Source: Nemertoderma westbladi
Taxonomy: Eukaryota > Animalia > Xenacoelomorpha
Assembly (NCBI GenBank): GCA_032718475.1
Contig: JAUCBJ010000705.1
Location: forward strand, 1 to 55,547
Direction: 5' to 3'
Length of the DNA: 55,547 nt
Shown here: positions 35,766 to 49,382 of the stretch, piece after piece
How positions within the stretch are numbered: position 1 is the first letter of the stretch
Layout: every line of letters starts with the position of its first letter
The notes under the pieces: generated by a model
Databases searched by the model: none
The model's input: the letters and a program-made list of their open reading frames with translations, nothing else
What the model was told of the DNA's origin: nothing
Translations under genes and position numbers: made by a program

Positions 35766-38109
35766 ACTAGCTCAAAACGGCTTAGAATACAGCACATAAA
35801 AATGCGGCGCTGAAACGGCGGCCTTAAGTAGTAGATCAGTTTCAGCCACGTTCCCAAAAGTTGGGGGGGGGGGGGGGGGGGGGGGGGATAAAATAATTTT
35901 AGGTCCTGCATAACCCCACCCCAAATTTTTTTTACAAATCTTAATGAAATTGAATGAAATTTGAAACATGGATAGTTTCACCTCCAACTCCTTAGTAGGT
36001 GAGTCAGAATTTTTATTTTCGTCTTAATTCTTTAGCAATTTTTCATATTACTGGCTACAATTAGATCAAATATACAAAAAAAAACAGCAAAAGTACTTTT
36101 CAATACTAAATTCGACTTCCAAAAGAAGATTCTACTTACGAATAACGTCGCGTCACCTTAACCATTCCATTAACTGAATGCAAATACAAGGGTTTGTTTG
36201 GAAAGGGTGTTTAACGATAGAAATAGGCGCTATAAAATACTTAATAATAAGAAATTAAAAAAAACATCAAAATTCTTCAGATATACAATTACAATAAAAT
36301 CAGACCGAAAAGTGAAAACTTGGTATTCTTCACATTGGCGATTGAAGCAGTTACAACTCGTTTTTCTTCAACCTTAAATCGATTCGTTGGTGGCGAACGG
36401 GAGATCACGATGATGGATTCCAATTATGTAAAATTTTTTAATTTGGTTGGGAAATAGCTGAGTTATGGGAAATGTAAATGTATATAAGTATGTAATCGAA
36501 TGTATTTGCTACTACCGCTGCAGGCAATTTATTAGATTTTTTTTTATAAATATACCATGTTCTAGAACATTTTGTTTAGTTTATTTTGTATTTTATTTTG
36601 TTTGCCCAGCTACTTATGAGTTACATATTATAATGCCGAATAAATGGACAACAGCGCGCAGCTCAACGCAAAATAAGTAACTTTCAACGCCCATATATCA
36701 GATATTCTTTCAACACATTCTGAATTTATTATATATTTAGTTTCCCTGCAACAACGTCATCATCCCATCCTTACCAACGAACCCTCTCTCTCTCTCTCTA
36801 TAAGAATGTCGATAGGGATACCTATTTAAAGCACTTGTAGGTAAGGATTGAAAGTGAAGGCGAGTTGATATCTCGACACGGGGAATCAACAAATGCAATT
36901 ATCAATTAATGTATTATTCTAACCAAAACAATATATGACGAAATTTTTCAGATATGGAAATACACCTCATATCATCAAGTGACTTATATTGTCTATGCAA
37001 AAACAGTTCATTGTGTTTGGATATATGCGACAGGGTTGGGAGGGATTGAAATGTACGTAGGGGTTATTTTTTTTTTCTTACACCTCCAACGACGTTTAAC
37101 ATTATTTAATTAACAACATTTAAATAATAAGGAGTACCGGTTACGGGTTAGTAGCGAGTTCCGCGATTGATGGGCAGAGGGCGCATGAGAGGGAATGGTA
37201 ACGGTCGGGGCAGGATCGGTTACAAAAGCGGCAAATACAATTAGGTGAAAGTGAATGGAATGGTTGTGGGTTTGTGCACATTCTGTGGTGGAACTCATGA
37301 CACGTGGCTCTTGTGACCACATGTCGATTCTTTTGTTGAGTAATTTCCATGTATGCGAGTTGAAAGCAGGACCCTGGTGATCATATTCTGAAATGAAGTT
37401 CTGTTCGTGGTTTATTCGAAAGCTGTTGTGTTGATTATTAATAACATCAGGAGTGAATATATTTGGAGTTCTAACAAGTATATCGTCAATAATTGTGTTT
37501 TCGTGAACGAGATGTAGCACCATGGTAGATGAAGCAGTAATATGTAGACCCATCAGGCTCTTTATATATGTAGATTTTTTCTTGTCCGGTTCATTTAGAT
37601 TTGGAAGTGTAAGAAAACGAGTAAAAACAGGTATATATCTAGGCATATGACATATAAAGCCATTGGAAAGGTTTCATCCTAAAAGGATTTAGACTGGCAG
37701 CAACAGATAATAATTTGAGATTCCTTATAGATCCAATAGATCCAATTTTTATTTTTTCGTTTAATGTATTCTGAAAAGCCAGAGAAGACAGAAGACAGAG
37801 AAGAACAAAGAACCAACCTGTTGAAATGTAAAAAGACACTAAAGATTGCTACAATGAACATACGCACACTGAAAGCACATAGCAAACAGGGTGACATGGT
37901 AGCTCTGGCCATGAAGACACTGCCATGAAGTACAATGATATTGGAAATGGATAGACGTTAGTATCAAGCTCAGCAGAGAGTCGGCCAATATATCAATTGG
38001 TGGAGTAAGTGAATTGTTGTGGGGTGAGTGACGCGGTGAATTAAATATACAATGTAAATAAGACAAGATTATCATATGGTCTTATTTACATTATTTATTT
38101 AATTGGTGG

Positions 38110-40340
38110 AGTAGGAATTCTGCTTAGCCCATTTGCACTTCAGACCCTAAACAACATTGTTACTGCTGTGACGTCACTTGAAAAGGCCGAACTTTTTAAC
38201 AATTTTTTTTGTGACCAATATACACTAGATGACTCATCATTCGTACTACCAGCAAATGCAGTACCGCAGCCTATTTTAACTACTGTAAATTTTAACCAGG
38301 ATATTATTTTGTGCGACCTGAAACTTATTGACTCGGATGGGGCTACTTGTCCTGTTGATGATGTATCTAATAAAATGCTCAAAGCCGGCTTACCCGTTGT
38401 TATTAACGAAATAGTCCATTTGTTTCAATATATTTTTGACAATGCAACACACCCTAAAGCCTGGAAGTCTCGTTATGTTTTTCCCTTACCCAAAACTGAT
38501 ATTTTGTTATTTTGTGCCCATTTCAGGTCTATCGCACTGACGAGTAATTTGGGTAAACTTTTCGAGCCTTCGGAGTGTTCTTTACAACTATATCATTAAT
38601 TTCTTATCCAAATTTCAGTCTGGCTTCAAAAAGGGTGACGCGACTATTTACCAGGTGATATCTTTGTACGATGCAAATGCCAAGGCACTCGATTCTGGGA
38701 AAGAAGTTCGCATTGTTTTTCTCGATATAAGCAAAGCGTTCGACAATGTGCATCATAAAAGGTTTACTCTAAAAATTGGCTAATATGGGCGTGGGAGGAA
38801 GTTTTCTTTCATGGATGTCTAGTTATCTTGCTGAAAATTTTCAGTGTGTCGTTGTTAACGTGGCCACTTCATCGTGGCTTGCCGTCCTTGCAGGTGTTCC
38901 ACAAGGTTCGGTTCTAGGGCCGATTCTCTTTCTTGTGTATATCAATGATATAGCCGATATTGTTAACAATAACATTAGATTGTACGCTGACGATACTGCT
39001 TTATATGTTGAATTAAATAGCCGCCACTCCATATCTTCATCTGAGTCACTTAACCGGGATCTCAATGCCATCTCTCAATGGGGTGCAACTTGGCTTGTTA
39101 CTTTTAATGCATCCAAGACTGAGTCTATGGTTCTTTCTCATCGGAAAACCAGGGACCCCGGTCACACCGTGTTGTCCTTAAATAATATCCCCATTGTTAA
39201 TGAGCATAAACACCTCGGCTGTATACTGACACCAGACTTAAAGTGGCATTTGCAGATTAATTTCATGATTAGTCGTGCAAGTAGGAAATTGAACATGTTG
39301 CGTTCGGTAAAATATATTGTCAATAGGGAAGCTCTTAACAATTTTTATGTTTCATTTATTAGATCTACCTTAGAATATGCTAGTCCAGTCTGTTCAGAGG
39401 AATTAAAAAAATTCCCTGGAACTACTGAACAAGGAAGCGATTAGAATAATCTGGAAATTAACAGTATCTTGTTCTTCCTCTAATTTATATGCTGAGTCTG
39501 CGCTATGTACTCGGGGCTATACAAGAGCGCCAAAACTTTCAGAAACGATGAATGATAATGTATGTTGTATGTATGTATGTATGTATGTATGTATGTATGT
39601 ATGTATGTATGTATGTATGTATGTATGTATGTATGTATGTATGTATGTATGTATGTATAAAATGATGAACGGGTCCGCCCCTGGTCACTTTAGGGTCACT
39701 CTCCCCTCAACTTTTAGCAGTATTAGCCAACGCGCCATTCGCAATTCGATAGACTTGCGTCCTCCTTTTGTTCGGACCAATTTTTACCATCATCAGTAAG
39801 GCTATGGAACACATTGCCCATTGAGATCCGTAATTCTGTATCATGTTGCAACATGTAGCATTATTCATTGCACGGGCAATTTATTTAGTGCCTATCATAA
39901 TCATTGCAATACTTACTTATAGTATACTAATTAATATTACACTAAGAAATTGTAATATTGAATTGTAATAATGTATATTATATTGAATTATTTTGTAATT
40001 TGGTTTTGATTACTTACTTACTTTTTGGTGTAGTTCTATCTAACTCTAGTATGGATTGTTAGCGCTTACCTCTGCATCAGTCTGGGCGTGTATGTATGTA
40101 TGTTGTGTATGTTTGAGTATGAGTGGTGCGCGTACAGTTTGTATGTATGTGTGCAATGTTCGTATGATAGGTATGTAGTTGTATGTCATCTTTTTGAATA
40201 AGTATATCAATCTAAAATATATTTGGTGCCGGTGCAATTTATACAGTTTATCATTATGGATGAACGGGCTTAACATAAGCTTTGGCTTGTTGCCCAATCA
40301 TCCTCACCAATAATGAGGTTAATAAATGTTAAATGAAATG
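38110..40340 (+). mobile_element. Degenerate 5'-truncated CR1-group LINE
   Basis: KAELFNNFF, QSGF, FLDISKAFD, GVPQGSVLGP, YADD; 3' stem-loop near 40258-40303 and AATAAA/(AAATG) tail. Boundaries approximate. Confidence 0.88.
39568..39657. repeat. (TATG)n microsatellite
   Basis: About 22 tetranucleotide units. Confidence 0.97.
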
Positions 40341-41885
40341 GACATCGAATCTATAAATTCCAGGGTCATGATTGCAACATTTGATGGGAATCCCAAGACA
40401 ATAGTAATATGTTGCTACCATAATATGTTACAACCAAGGCCTCAGAGCCAGAACAAGCAGTGAAGTTTTATGAAGATCTGACTGGACTTATAAAGGACAC
40501 CCGAAACACAACTTCAAAGTCATTGCTGGTGGCCTGAATGCTCAAATTGGCCCAGAAGATATCAAGGGTTACACCTATAACACTAGTTCGAACAGAAATG
40601 GGTGCTTACTCTTAGACCTAATGGAAGAATGTGAATTGATACCAATAAACAACACATTCGAAAAGAGTAAGGGGAAGCTATAGACCTTTCAATACCCTAA
40701 TGGATCCAAAGCACAGCTGGAATACATCCTTATAAACAAAAAGTGGAGAATCAGCATGATCAACTGCGAGGCATACAGCTCGTTCAACCTAATTGGTTCG
40801 GACCACAGTATTGTGACTGCAGAGATCAGACTCAGTTTGAGAGCCAGCACACCCAGGACAAGCAAGCAAATCAACAATGACTGGGAGAAGCTCAGAACTG
40901 ACAATGCTGTAAAGGATGCTTACACAGTAGAAGTTCAAAACCGCTTTGAAGCACTTCAGTCAATGGATGAAGACCAGTCCACCGATTCAAAATACCAGAA
41001 TATAATAACAGCCCACAAGGAATCAGCTAAGAGGCATATCCTCCATAAACCCAAACGAAAATAGTATGTGCCATGGCAAAACTCTGACGTTACTTGTAAG
41101 AGAGAAGATCTTAAGATAGCCTACAAAGTTAAAACCAAACAACCAACAACAAAAAACATTAACAAGGTTGAGAAAGCTAAAGACGATCTTAAATTGGCCT
41201 ACAACATCAGCCAGGAAAAGTACATACAGGATAAAATTGAAGCAATTACAACTGCTCACATACAGCAACAATCAAGACTTACCTGGCAAACTGTAAATGA
41301 GGTATCTGGTCGGAAAAGTTGTGCAAAGGGGCGCCTCAAAGCCGATAGTCCTGAAGAACGTGTTGGGAAGTGGAAAAATCACTTCAGCAACTTGCTTGGG
41401 AGCCACCAAACATCGAGGTCAGCCCTACAAGGAAAATATATGACAAGACACTAGATATAGAAACAGGGGACTTCACACCTGCCGAACTCCAAAGAAGCAT
41501 TAAAAGCATGTCCAATAATAAAGCGAGTGGATTAGATGAAATCCCAGCGGAGGTATGGAAAACCGGAGTGCTAAACAGGCCATTATTGAATGTTTGCAAC
41601 TGGATGTTAAAAGGGGAAAAGCCACCACCAATTTGGACTAAAGGTCAACTAAAGCCTCTCCCCAAGAAAGGAGACCTCGGTATACCAACAAACTATCGTG
41701 GGATCTGTCTGCTTGTGGTAGCTGCCAAAATATACAATAAAATGATTCTATATAGGATTAGGCCTCACATAGAGAAACTACTGCGTAAGAGCCAAAACGG
41801 ATTTCGACCAAGTAGATCAACAATAGCTCAGATACTTGCACTACGGAGACTGATTGAAGGAATTAAGTCGAAGAATCTCGAAGAA
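40341..41885 (+). mobile_element. RTE-group LINE fragment (AP endonuclease and RT N-terminus)
   Basis: LNAQIG, NRNG, QLEYIL, SDH; KASGLDEIPAEVWK, PKKGDL, NYRGICLL, QNGFRPSRST; contains stops and frameshifts. Confidence 0.87.
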
Positions 41886-43408
41886 TCGAAGAATGAAATA
41901 TAATTTGTAACATCTCTATTTTTATTCACAGGTTTTTTGTGTTTGCAATTAGATGGAATTCATATAAATTAATTTTGAAATTTCAAACTTGCTTTTTTTC
42001 GGCGTGTGCCAAATTTTATGTTTTATTGTTTTTTAGGCTTTTTGGGCTTCTCGTTTCGATGGAATATATAAGAGTTGCACCACGCGTATTTTTCGAAGCT
42101 GTCTGCAAAATTTGGTGCTGGCACCAAATTTTGAAAACCATCAAATATATCAATTGATTGTGTCTTATTTCTTGCGTTACACGGGTTTATGAGGGTTCTG
42201 AATTTAATGGAAAAAGAAAAAATTCCATACAGTCCCTATCTCATTCTGAATATCATTTCTGAAACTGGGTATCATTTCTCAAACCTTTTACTATTGATAG
42301 TCAACGGAGAATTTCGGGAGGTAAGAGTATGTTAAGAGTTGAGAAATCAGAACAACGCACCCAGCTCAAACTTACTCAAACTGAACACTGTCGCCACGAT
42401 TTGAGTGAGTATGACTTCCAACAGTGCCATACTCAGCATTACTGGCCCTGTACAGGATGGATAATTACTCTGGTTTTAGTGAGACACCACATGGGGAAGG
42501 GAAGGGGCATGGAATACTAAATATACATATATACAATACTAAATATGTATATTTAGCATTCCACAGAAGGGGCCTCTGTTTGTTGCTTGGGCTATTAATT
42601 TATTGGGTTGAGTTACATAAGCTTTACTAAAATATGTTCTGTGAAGAGCAGAGTTGAACATAAGGGAGTGAGTGAGTGGGCTTTTAAATCACAGCTTGCT
42701 GCATGAATGCTACAATGGGGGGTTAAGCGAGTATGAGTTTGGGTTTGAATAACCCAGACAGGTTTGAGTTAGTAAGAGTTGGGTAAGAGAAAAGCACAAC
42801 ATTTGGTGCTAGCACCAAAACTTGCAATATTACGCCGAAAAATACGAGTAGCAATGATTTGGCAAATTATGATGTATTCCATTAGAATCAGCGCCCCAGA
42901 AAACCTGAAAATGAGAATATATAGCATCGTATAAGTGAATTAAAAATTTTGTGTTCAAACTGAAAAGTGCTGGTTACTTGTTTTTTTTCATTATTTTTTC
43001 CTACGTAGAGTACTAAAACAGCCATTTATAGAAATAAGATCATTTTTAAACATCTTCCAATGGATTTTGCGCCCCAGAAAACCTGCATTGATAAACAATT
43101 AGCCGAAAATTGTAACTTTCAAAATTTATGAAAATTGTTCACTACTTGAAATTTTGGTGCTGCAAAATAACCACCCCAGTACATTTTTTTCGGAAATTTT
43201 TTTCGGGCGGATTCGGACTAGTGAAATCTACGTACAAACAAAAAATCAGACGTTTTCGTTAAAATTTGTAGATTTTAGAGACCTCCCCCCCCCCCCCCGG
43301 TATTTGTACAACATTGTATTGCTCTGTACTAATAGGTAGGGCTGTTAGGGGTAAAACAGCAAAGATTATGAAAACAGATAAGGCAGTGATCCAAAACCAT
43401 GTTCATCT

Positions 43409-43712
43409 GAACTTGGTTTGATCATTGATCAACCCAAATATGGTGGCTCTGGTACTTCCATTCCAGTGATGGAAATACGGCAAGAAGGGTATTCCATAAT
43501 GCTGAGGTCTCTGACAGAATACTTGGCATTGATAAAACATTCCTAGATCGACTGCACAACATCCTAATTGCTCTTTGTTGTGGCTTTGATGTTGATGCTG
43601 ACAAATTTCAAGAATATGGCCTTGAAACAGCTAGACGTTATGTAACTCTTTTTCCATGGTACTACATGCCACAATCAATGCATAAGGTTCTAATCCACGG
43701 ACACCTTGTACT
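43409..43712 (+). pseudogene. Transib (RAG1-related) transposase fragment
   Basis: LGLIIDQPK.GGSGTS / SDGNTARR and FPWYYMPQSMHKVLIHG motifs. Confidence 0.8.
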
Positions 43713-43924
43713 ACAAGAAGGGCTACCTTTTAAATCTCCTCCACCACCTCCCTTACCCCGTTATAGAGTCACTATGTCCCGACCATTTTCTGTAGCCGGT
43801 GTTGACTACACTGGCTGTCTCATGGTTCGCGAAATTAACTCAGACACCGAAAGTATATGGTACATAGCCTTATTTACCTGCCCTGCTACCCGCGCAATTC
43901 ATTTAGATGTAGTCAAAGACAACA
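43713..43924 (+). pseudogene. Integrase fragment of a different BEL/Pao family
   Basis: PPLP..RV...RPFSVAGVDYTG...YIALFTCPATRAIHLD. Confidence 0.85.
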
Positions 43925-46243
43925 GGTAGCAGCAGATAGGAGTAGCGCCCACCCCTACCTTAGGGTAGCAGATAGGAGTAGCGCCCACCCCTACCTTCGG
44001 GTAGCAGATAGGAGTAGCGCCCACCCCTACCTTCGGGTAGCAGATAGGAGTAGCGCCCACCCCTACCTTCGGGTAGCAGATAGGAGTAGCGCCCACCCCT
44101 ACCTTCGGGTAGCAGATAGGAGTAGCGCCCACCCGTACCTTCGGGTGGCAGATAGGAGTAGCGCCCACCCCTACCTTTGGGTAGCAGATAGGAGCAGCGC
44201 CCACCCCTACCTTCGGGTAGCAGATAGGAGTAGCGCCCACCCCTACCTTCGGGTAGCAGATAGGAGTAGCGCCCACCCCTACCTTCGGGTAGCAGATAGG
44301 AGTAGCGCCCACCCCTACCTTCGGGTAGCAGATAGCAGTAGCGCCAACCTCTACCTTCGGGTAGCAGATAGGAGTAGCCCCCACCCCTACCTTCGGGTAG
44401 CAGATAGGAGCAGCGCCCACCCCTACCTTCGGGTAGCAGATAGGAGTAGCGCCCACCCCTACCTTCGGGTAGCAGATAGCAGTAGCGCCCACCCTCTACC
44501 TTCGGGTAGCAGATAGCGGTAGCGCCAACCCCTACCCTCGGGTAGCAGATAGGAGTAGCGCCCGCCCCTACCCTTCGGGTAGCAGATAGGAGTAGCGCCC
44601 ACCCCCACCTTCGGGTAGCAGATAGGAGTAGCGCCCACCCCTACCTTCGGGTAGCAGATAGGAGTAGCGCCCGCTCCTACCCTTCGGGTAGCAGATAGGA
44701 GTAGCGCCCACCCCCACCTTCGGGTAGCAGATAGGAGTAGCGCCCACCCCTACCTTCGGGTAGCAGATAGGAGTAGCGCCCACCCCTACCTTCGGGTAGC
44801 AGATAGGGGTAGCGCCCACCCCTACCCTCGGATAGCAGATAGGAGTAGCGCCCGCCCCTACCCTTGGGTAGCAGATAGGAGTAGCGCCCACCCCCACCTT
44901 CGGGTAGCAGATAGGAGTAGCGCCCACCCCTACCTTCGGGTAGCAGATAGGAGTAGCGCCCACCCCTACCTTCGGGTAGCAGATAGGAGTAGCGCCCACC
45001 CCTACCTTCGGGTAGCAGATAGGAGTAGCGCCCACCCCTACCTTCGGGTAGCAGATAGGAGTAGCGCCCACCCCTACCTTCGGGTAGCAGATAGGAGTAG
45101 CGCCCACCCCTACCTTCGGGTAGCAGATAGGAGTAGCGCCCAACCCCTACCTTCGGGTAGCAGATAGGAGTAGCGCCCACCCCTACCTTCGGGTAGCAGA
45201 TAGGAGTAGCGCCCACCCCTACCTTCGGGTAGCAGATAGGAGTAGCGCCCACCACTACCTTCGGGTAGCAGATAGGAGTAGCGCCCACCCCTACCTTCGG
45301 GTAGCAGATAGGAGTAGCGCCCACCCCTACCTTCGGGTAGCAGATAGGAGTAGCGCCCACCCCTACCTTCGGGTAGCAGATAGGAGTAGCTCCCACCCCT
45401 ACCTTCGGGTAGCAGATAGGAGTAGCGCCCACCCCTACCTTCGGGTAGCAGATAGGAGTAGCGCCCACCCCTACCTTCGGGTAGCAGATAGCAGTAGCGC
45501 CAACCTCTACCTTCGGGTAGCAGATAGGAGTAGCCCCCACCCCTACCTTCGGGTAGCAGATAGGAACAGCGCCCACCCCTACCTTCGGGTAGCAGATAGG
45601 AGTAGCGCCCACCCCTACCTTCGGGTAGCAGATAGGAGTAGCGCCCACCCCTACCTTCGGGTAGCAGATAGGAGTAGCGCCCACCCCTACCTTCGGGTAG
45701 CAGATAGGAGTAGCGCCCACCCCTACCTTCGGGTAGCAGATAGGAGTAGCGCCCACCCCTACCTTCGGGTAGCAGATAGGAGTAGCGCCCACCCGTACCT
45801 TCGGGTAGCAGATAGGAGTAGCGCCCACCCCTACTCTCGGGTAGCAGATAGGAGTAGCGCCCACCCCTACCTTCGGGTAGCAGATAGGAGTAGCGCCCAC
45901 CCCTACCTTCGGGTAGCAGATAGGAGTAGCGCCCACCCCTACCTTCGGGTAGCAGATAGGAGTAGCGCCCACCCCTACCTTCGGGTAGCAGATAGGAGTT
46001 GTAGCGCCCACCCCTACCCTCGGGTAGCAGATAGGAGTAGCGCCCACCCCTACTCTCGGGTAGCAGATAGGAGTAGCGCCCACCCCTACTCTCGGGTAGC
46101 AGATAAGAGTAGCGCCCAACCCCTACCTTCGGGTAGCAGATAGGAGTAGCGCCCACCCCTACCTTCGGGTAGCAGATAGGAGTAGCGCCCACCCCTACCT
46201 TCGGGTAGCAGATAGGAGTTGTAGCGCCCACCCATACCTTCGG
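43925..46243. repeat. 36-bp tandem satellite, about 64 units
   Basis: Consensus GGGTAGCAGATAGGAGTAGCGCCCACCCCTACCTTC, head to tail, with no spacers. Confidence 0.98.
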
Positions 46244-47265
46244 CTTTGCTACTAAATAATAAAACAATATTTGATATTTCGAAATATTTTATTCATTTAA
46301 TATTGTAATAGTAATAATTTTCATTACAAGTGAAACTATTTGGTGGGGAGAGGGACCTAAAGTCCCCCGGGATAAATTCCCCAGTGAAAGCGACATACAG
46401 TCACCCAATCACCACCGGAGACATTGGGAGCTGGGCCGGAGGGGTGCGAACTGAAATGTCCGGCTGACACCCCCAAGCACACTCTCGATTTATCACGAGA
46501 CTCCACGAAATGGCGGATTAGAAACTGACATCTATTCGGTTGGTATTTAAACACAGCATCTCAGGGTCCATCATGGAAGGGCCCTGAGACTGGTTTTTGT
46601 GTCCATTCAATATTAAATATAACATGGGAAGTTAACATAACTTCTGAAGCTTAAAATTGCAAATTACAAATTCATCAAAGAATCAAACATGAATTTGTTA
46701 CACTAATTACTTAACAAACATACAGTCTGATAAAAACAATTTATTTGATTAACGATTAACGTTAATTAAAAGCTGTAAATAGTTTATAACTACATATCAT
46801 ATCGAATTTGTTGGCTAAAAATTCCTGTTTTTTTTTGTTTGAAAGCAACTTGTGTTAGTCTTGTGGCGTGTTAGTCGTTTACTAGTTTTTACTGCAGTAG
46901 GAATTACAGTGCGGGGGCGGACCAAGGGGGTGCAGCAATAAGCAAGGGTAAATCGAACTAAAATTGCCCCCCCCCCCCCCCCCTATTATATAAGTGCTGT
47001 TTTTAATTTAGTTAAATAATTAAATTTATTTTGATTGAAATTTATATTTTTGATTGATTGTAATTCTTATAAAGAGTACTTTTAGATTGTAGGCCTATAT
47101 AATTAAATTTGTTGAATAATAATGAACTTATTAAATAAATAAAAATCTCACGTTAAATAAATAAAAATCCCATGTTAAATAAATAAATAAATGTTTTGGA
47201 ATGATTAGTACGACATGGGCTCCCATTTATTTCCACTAAAAATGGTGCTGTTTATATGTACAATA

Positions 47266-49005
47266 TGTGGGGCGAGACACGTATGGCGAGCCATCAGCGA
47301 ACTGATATAATTATACTATGGCCGTTTTTCAAAAGTCTGTGTGTGTGTGTGTGTGTGACGTGTGTGTGTGTCGGTAGCCATAAATGTCGGAAGCCATAAT
47401 CTAAATTAATATATTCTGCTAAAGAGCACCAATCTGAGCGAATGATACATCGGTTAGCAAGGCAGCTAGCTACTTGCAGACCAATCATAGGTGGCCTGCA
47501 GCAGGCTGGGTTGGTTAAGTAGTAATCTCAATAAATAGGACCCAGCAGGAGAGCGGAGAGGATCTACTGTGATTGGTTCTTGACTTACATTGGTAAGAAC
47601 CAGCAGTGAATCTTAGATTAGCTTTTTTCAGTTCACATATTGTTTATAATCATAAACACAAAATGATTCAATTATTCAATTTTGCAATGTACCGGATGGG
47701 TGCTAGCGAGGTAGGCCTAGCAGGTCGTCAGTCCGTCATCCTACAAGTTGGATCTTGACTCTATCATGTGCGTTCATCTATATGATGCAGACCATCCTGA
47801 GCCCGTGAACATGAATTGTAAAGGCTATCTCGAGGCTGATTATTTTACACATTTACTTGATACTTGCATGAATGCGTCTTTGAGGTAAAATTGCATTATT
47901 CTGCAGTTGTTTTGTTATCTGAGAAATTACTGATCAGCAAGCAGGAAATTATAACAGCATCATCGTAACCACTCTGCTGACACTTTGCAGAATAAATTCT
48001 ACCAGATCATAGCTGCGTGTTGGGAGGACGCCGACCAGTTTGCGGTTCTTCAGTCTGCCACTAGGAGGCGAAATGTCTGAAAGTGAAAATCTTATCCTAT
48101 TTTGTTATTAATAATGATTTTTAGCTGATACTTAGGTCCTTTACACAATATGTTTATAATGTTTTTTTGCTGATACCAAGCAGAGTATACTACACCGTAA
48201 GGGTGTGTATGTGGGCTTGGGGAGACGATGACCAATCTACAGTTCCCCAGTCTGCCGCTATTAGGGGATGAAATGTCTGAATGAGGAAACCTACAATTTT
48301 GTTGTTTATGAATGCTTTTTTGCTGATACTTGGCACTTGGCAGGCAGTCTGTCACTAGGGGGCGAAATGTCTGAAATTACAACCTTCCATTTTAATACGA
48401 TAGAGTTGCTGCAGTGACCTACTGCACTACAGGTTGTTTGCGAGGACGCTGACCACTACTCTGCAGTTATACAGTTTTCCACTAAGGGGAAAATATCACA
48501 CAGTTTAAACCTTTTCCCATTTTATTATTTATCTATTACAACATAAAGCCTTATGTTTATTATTGTATGTAGCTGCAACTAAAGCGGCATCAGTCTGTTT
48601 GTTTGAGAGAATGCTCACTTATGTAAAGTTTTGTTAAGTTAATTAATTAATTTATTTATGTTTGATATTGTCCATTGATTGATTGACTGTATAGAAGCTT
48701 GTGAACTAGAAGGTTTCTAGTGTTATATATAAATATGCATTGTCTGTCTGTGAGTCTATGAGTCTGTGAGTCTGTCCAAGCTATACGCTCCGACACTCGA
48801 GCACCAATCTGAGCAAATGATCGAAAGCTCTCTTCCCGAGCACATAAACTATCGCTATCTCGAGGCTAATTTTACTTGTTTGTTTGCGTGAATACGTATT
48901 TTGTGTGGGGCGAGACACGAATGGCGAGCCATCAGCGAACTGATATACTGTAATTATACTATGGCCGTTTTTCAAAAGTCTCTGTGTGTGTATGTGTGTG
49001 TGTGA
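47266..49005 (+). repeat. Two copies of a HINE-like end (~47266-47370 and ~48903-49005) with a hairpin and (GT)n; degenerate repeats in between
   Basis: TGTGGGGCGAGACACG.ATGGCGAGCCATCAGCGAACTG...TTTTTCAAAAGTCT(GT)n occurs twice; a CAGTCTGCCACTAGG.GGCGAAATGTCTGAA-like motif occurs about four times in 48050-48500. Confidence 0.55.
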
Positions 49006-49382
49006 CAACAAGGCATGAACAAGGGCAGCCGTGCCCAATAATATTTCTTGAAGTTGTACATTACTAAAATGGCAGCTAAAGCTAAAGTCATTGACCAAGC
49101 CAGTGCCTAGGCTAGCACACAAGGACATGGCCTAACCTGTAGTAGTCTAGTAGAAGGAATAGTGCTCCTTCAATACATCTCAACAGACATCAATTAATTT
49201 GCCTGTGCCTACCATAACATAACATATATGCTTGATTTCCAATCACCTCTCACCACAATTATTATTAGTAATTAAAAGTTTCAATTCGATTTGTCTTTCC
49301 GTTATCTGGTTATTCAGTTATTGCATTATTAATAAATAAATGTTTAAAAATATATCTTAGGCCAGTATTGGTTGACAGAAGG

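Noticed and set aside
37110-38075. Cluster of - strand ORFs upstream of the CR1 fragment
   Set aside because: No recognisable motifs, and they overlap in different frames; cannot be supported as genes.
39548-39799. MYVC-repeat protein
   Set aside because: Translation of the (TATG)n microsatellite inside the LINE.
43925-46243. CRISPR array (36-bp repeats)
   Set aside because: Units are contiguous with no unique spacers, there are no cas genes, and the context is eukaryotic.
43857-46267. Long repetitive ORFs (VGVGATPICYPK, GGRYSYLLPEGR, VADRSSAHPYLR)
   Set aside because: By-product of a 36-bp unit lacking stops in several frames; frequent 1-bp indels show the frame is not maintained.
46558-46598. 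Hairpin plus T-run resembling an intrinsic terminator
   Set aside because: Eukaryotic repeat context with no upstream gene; more likely a transposon-end remnant.
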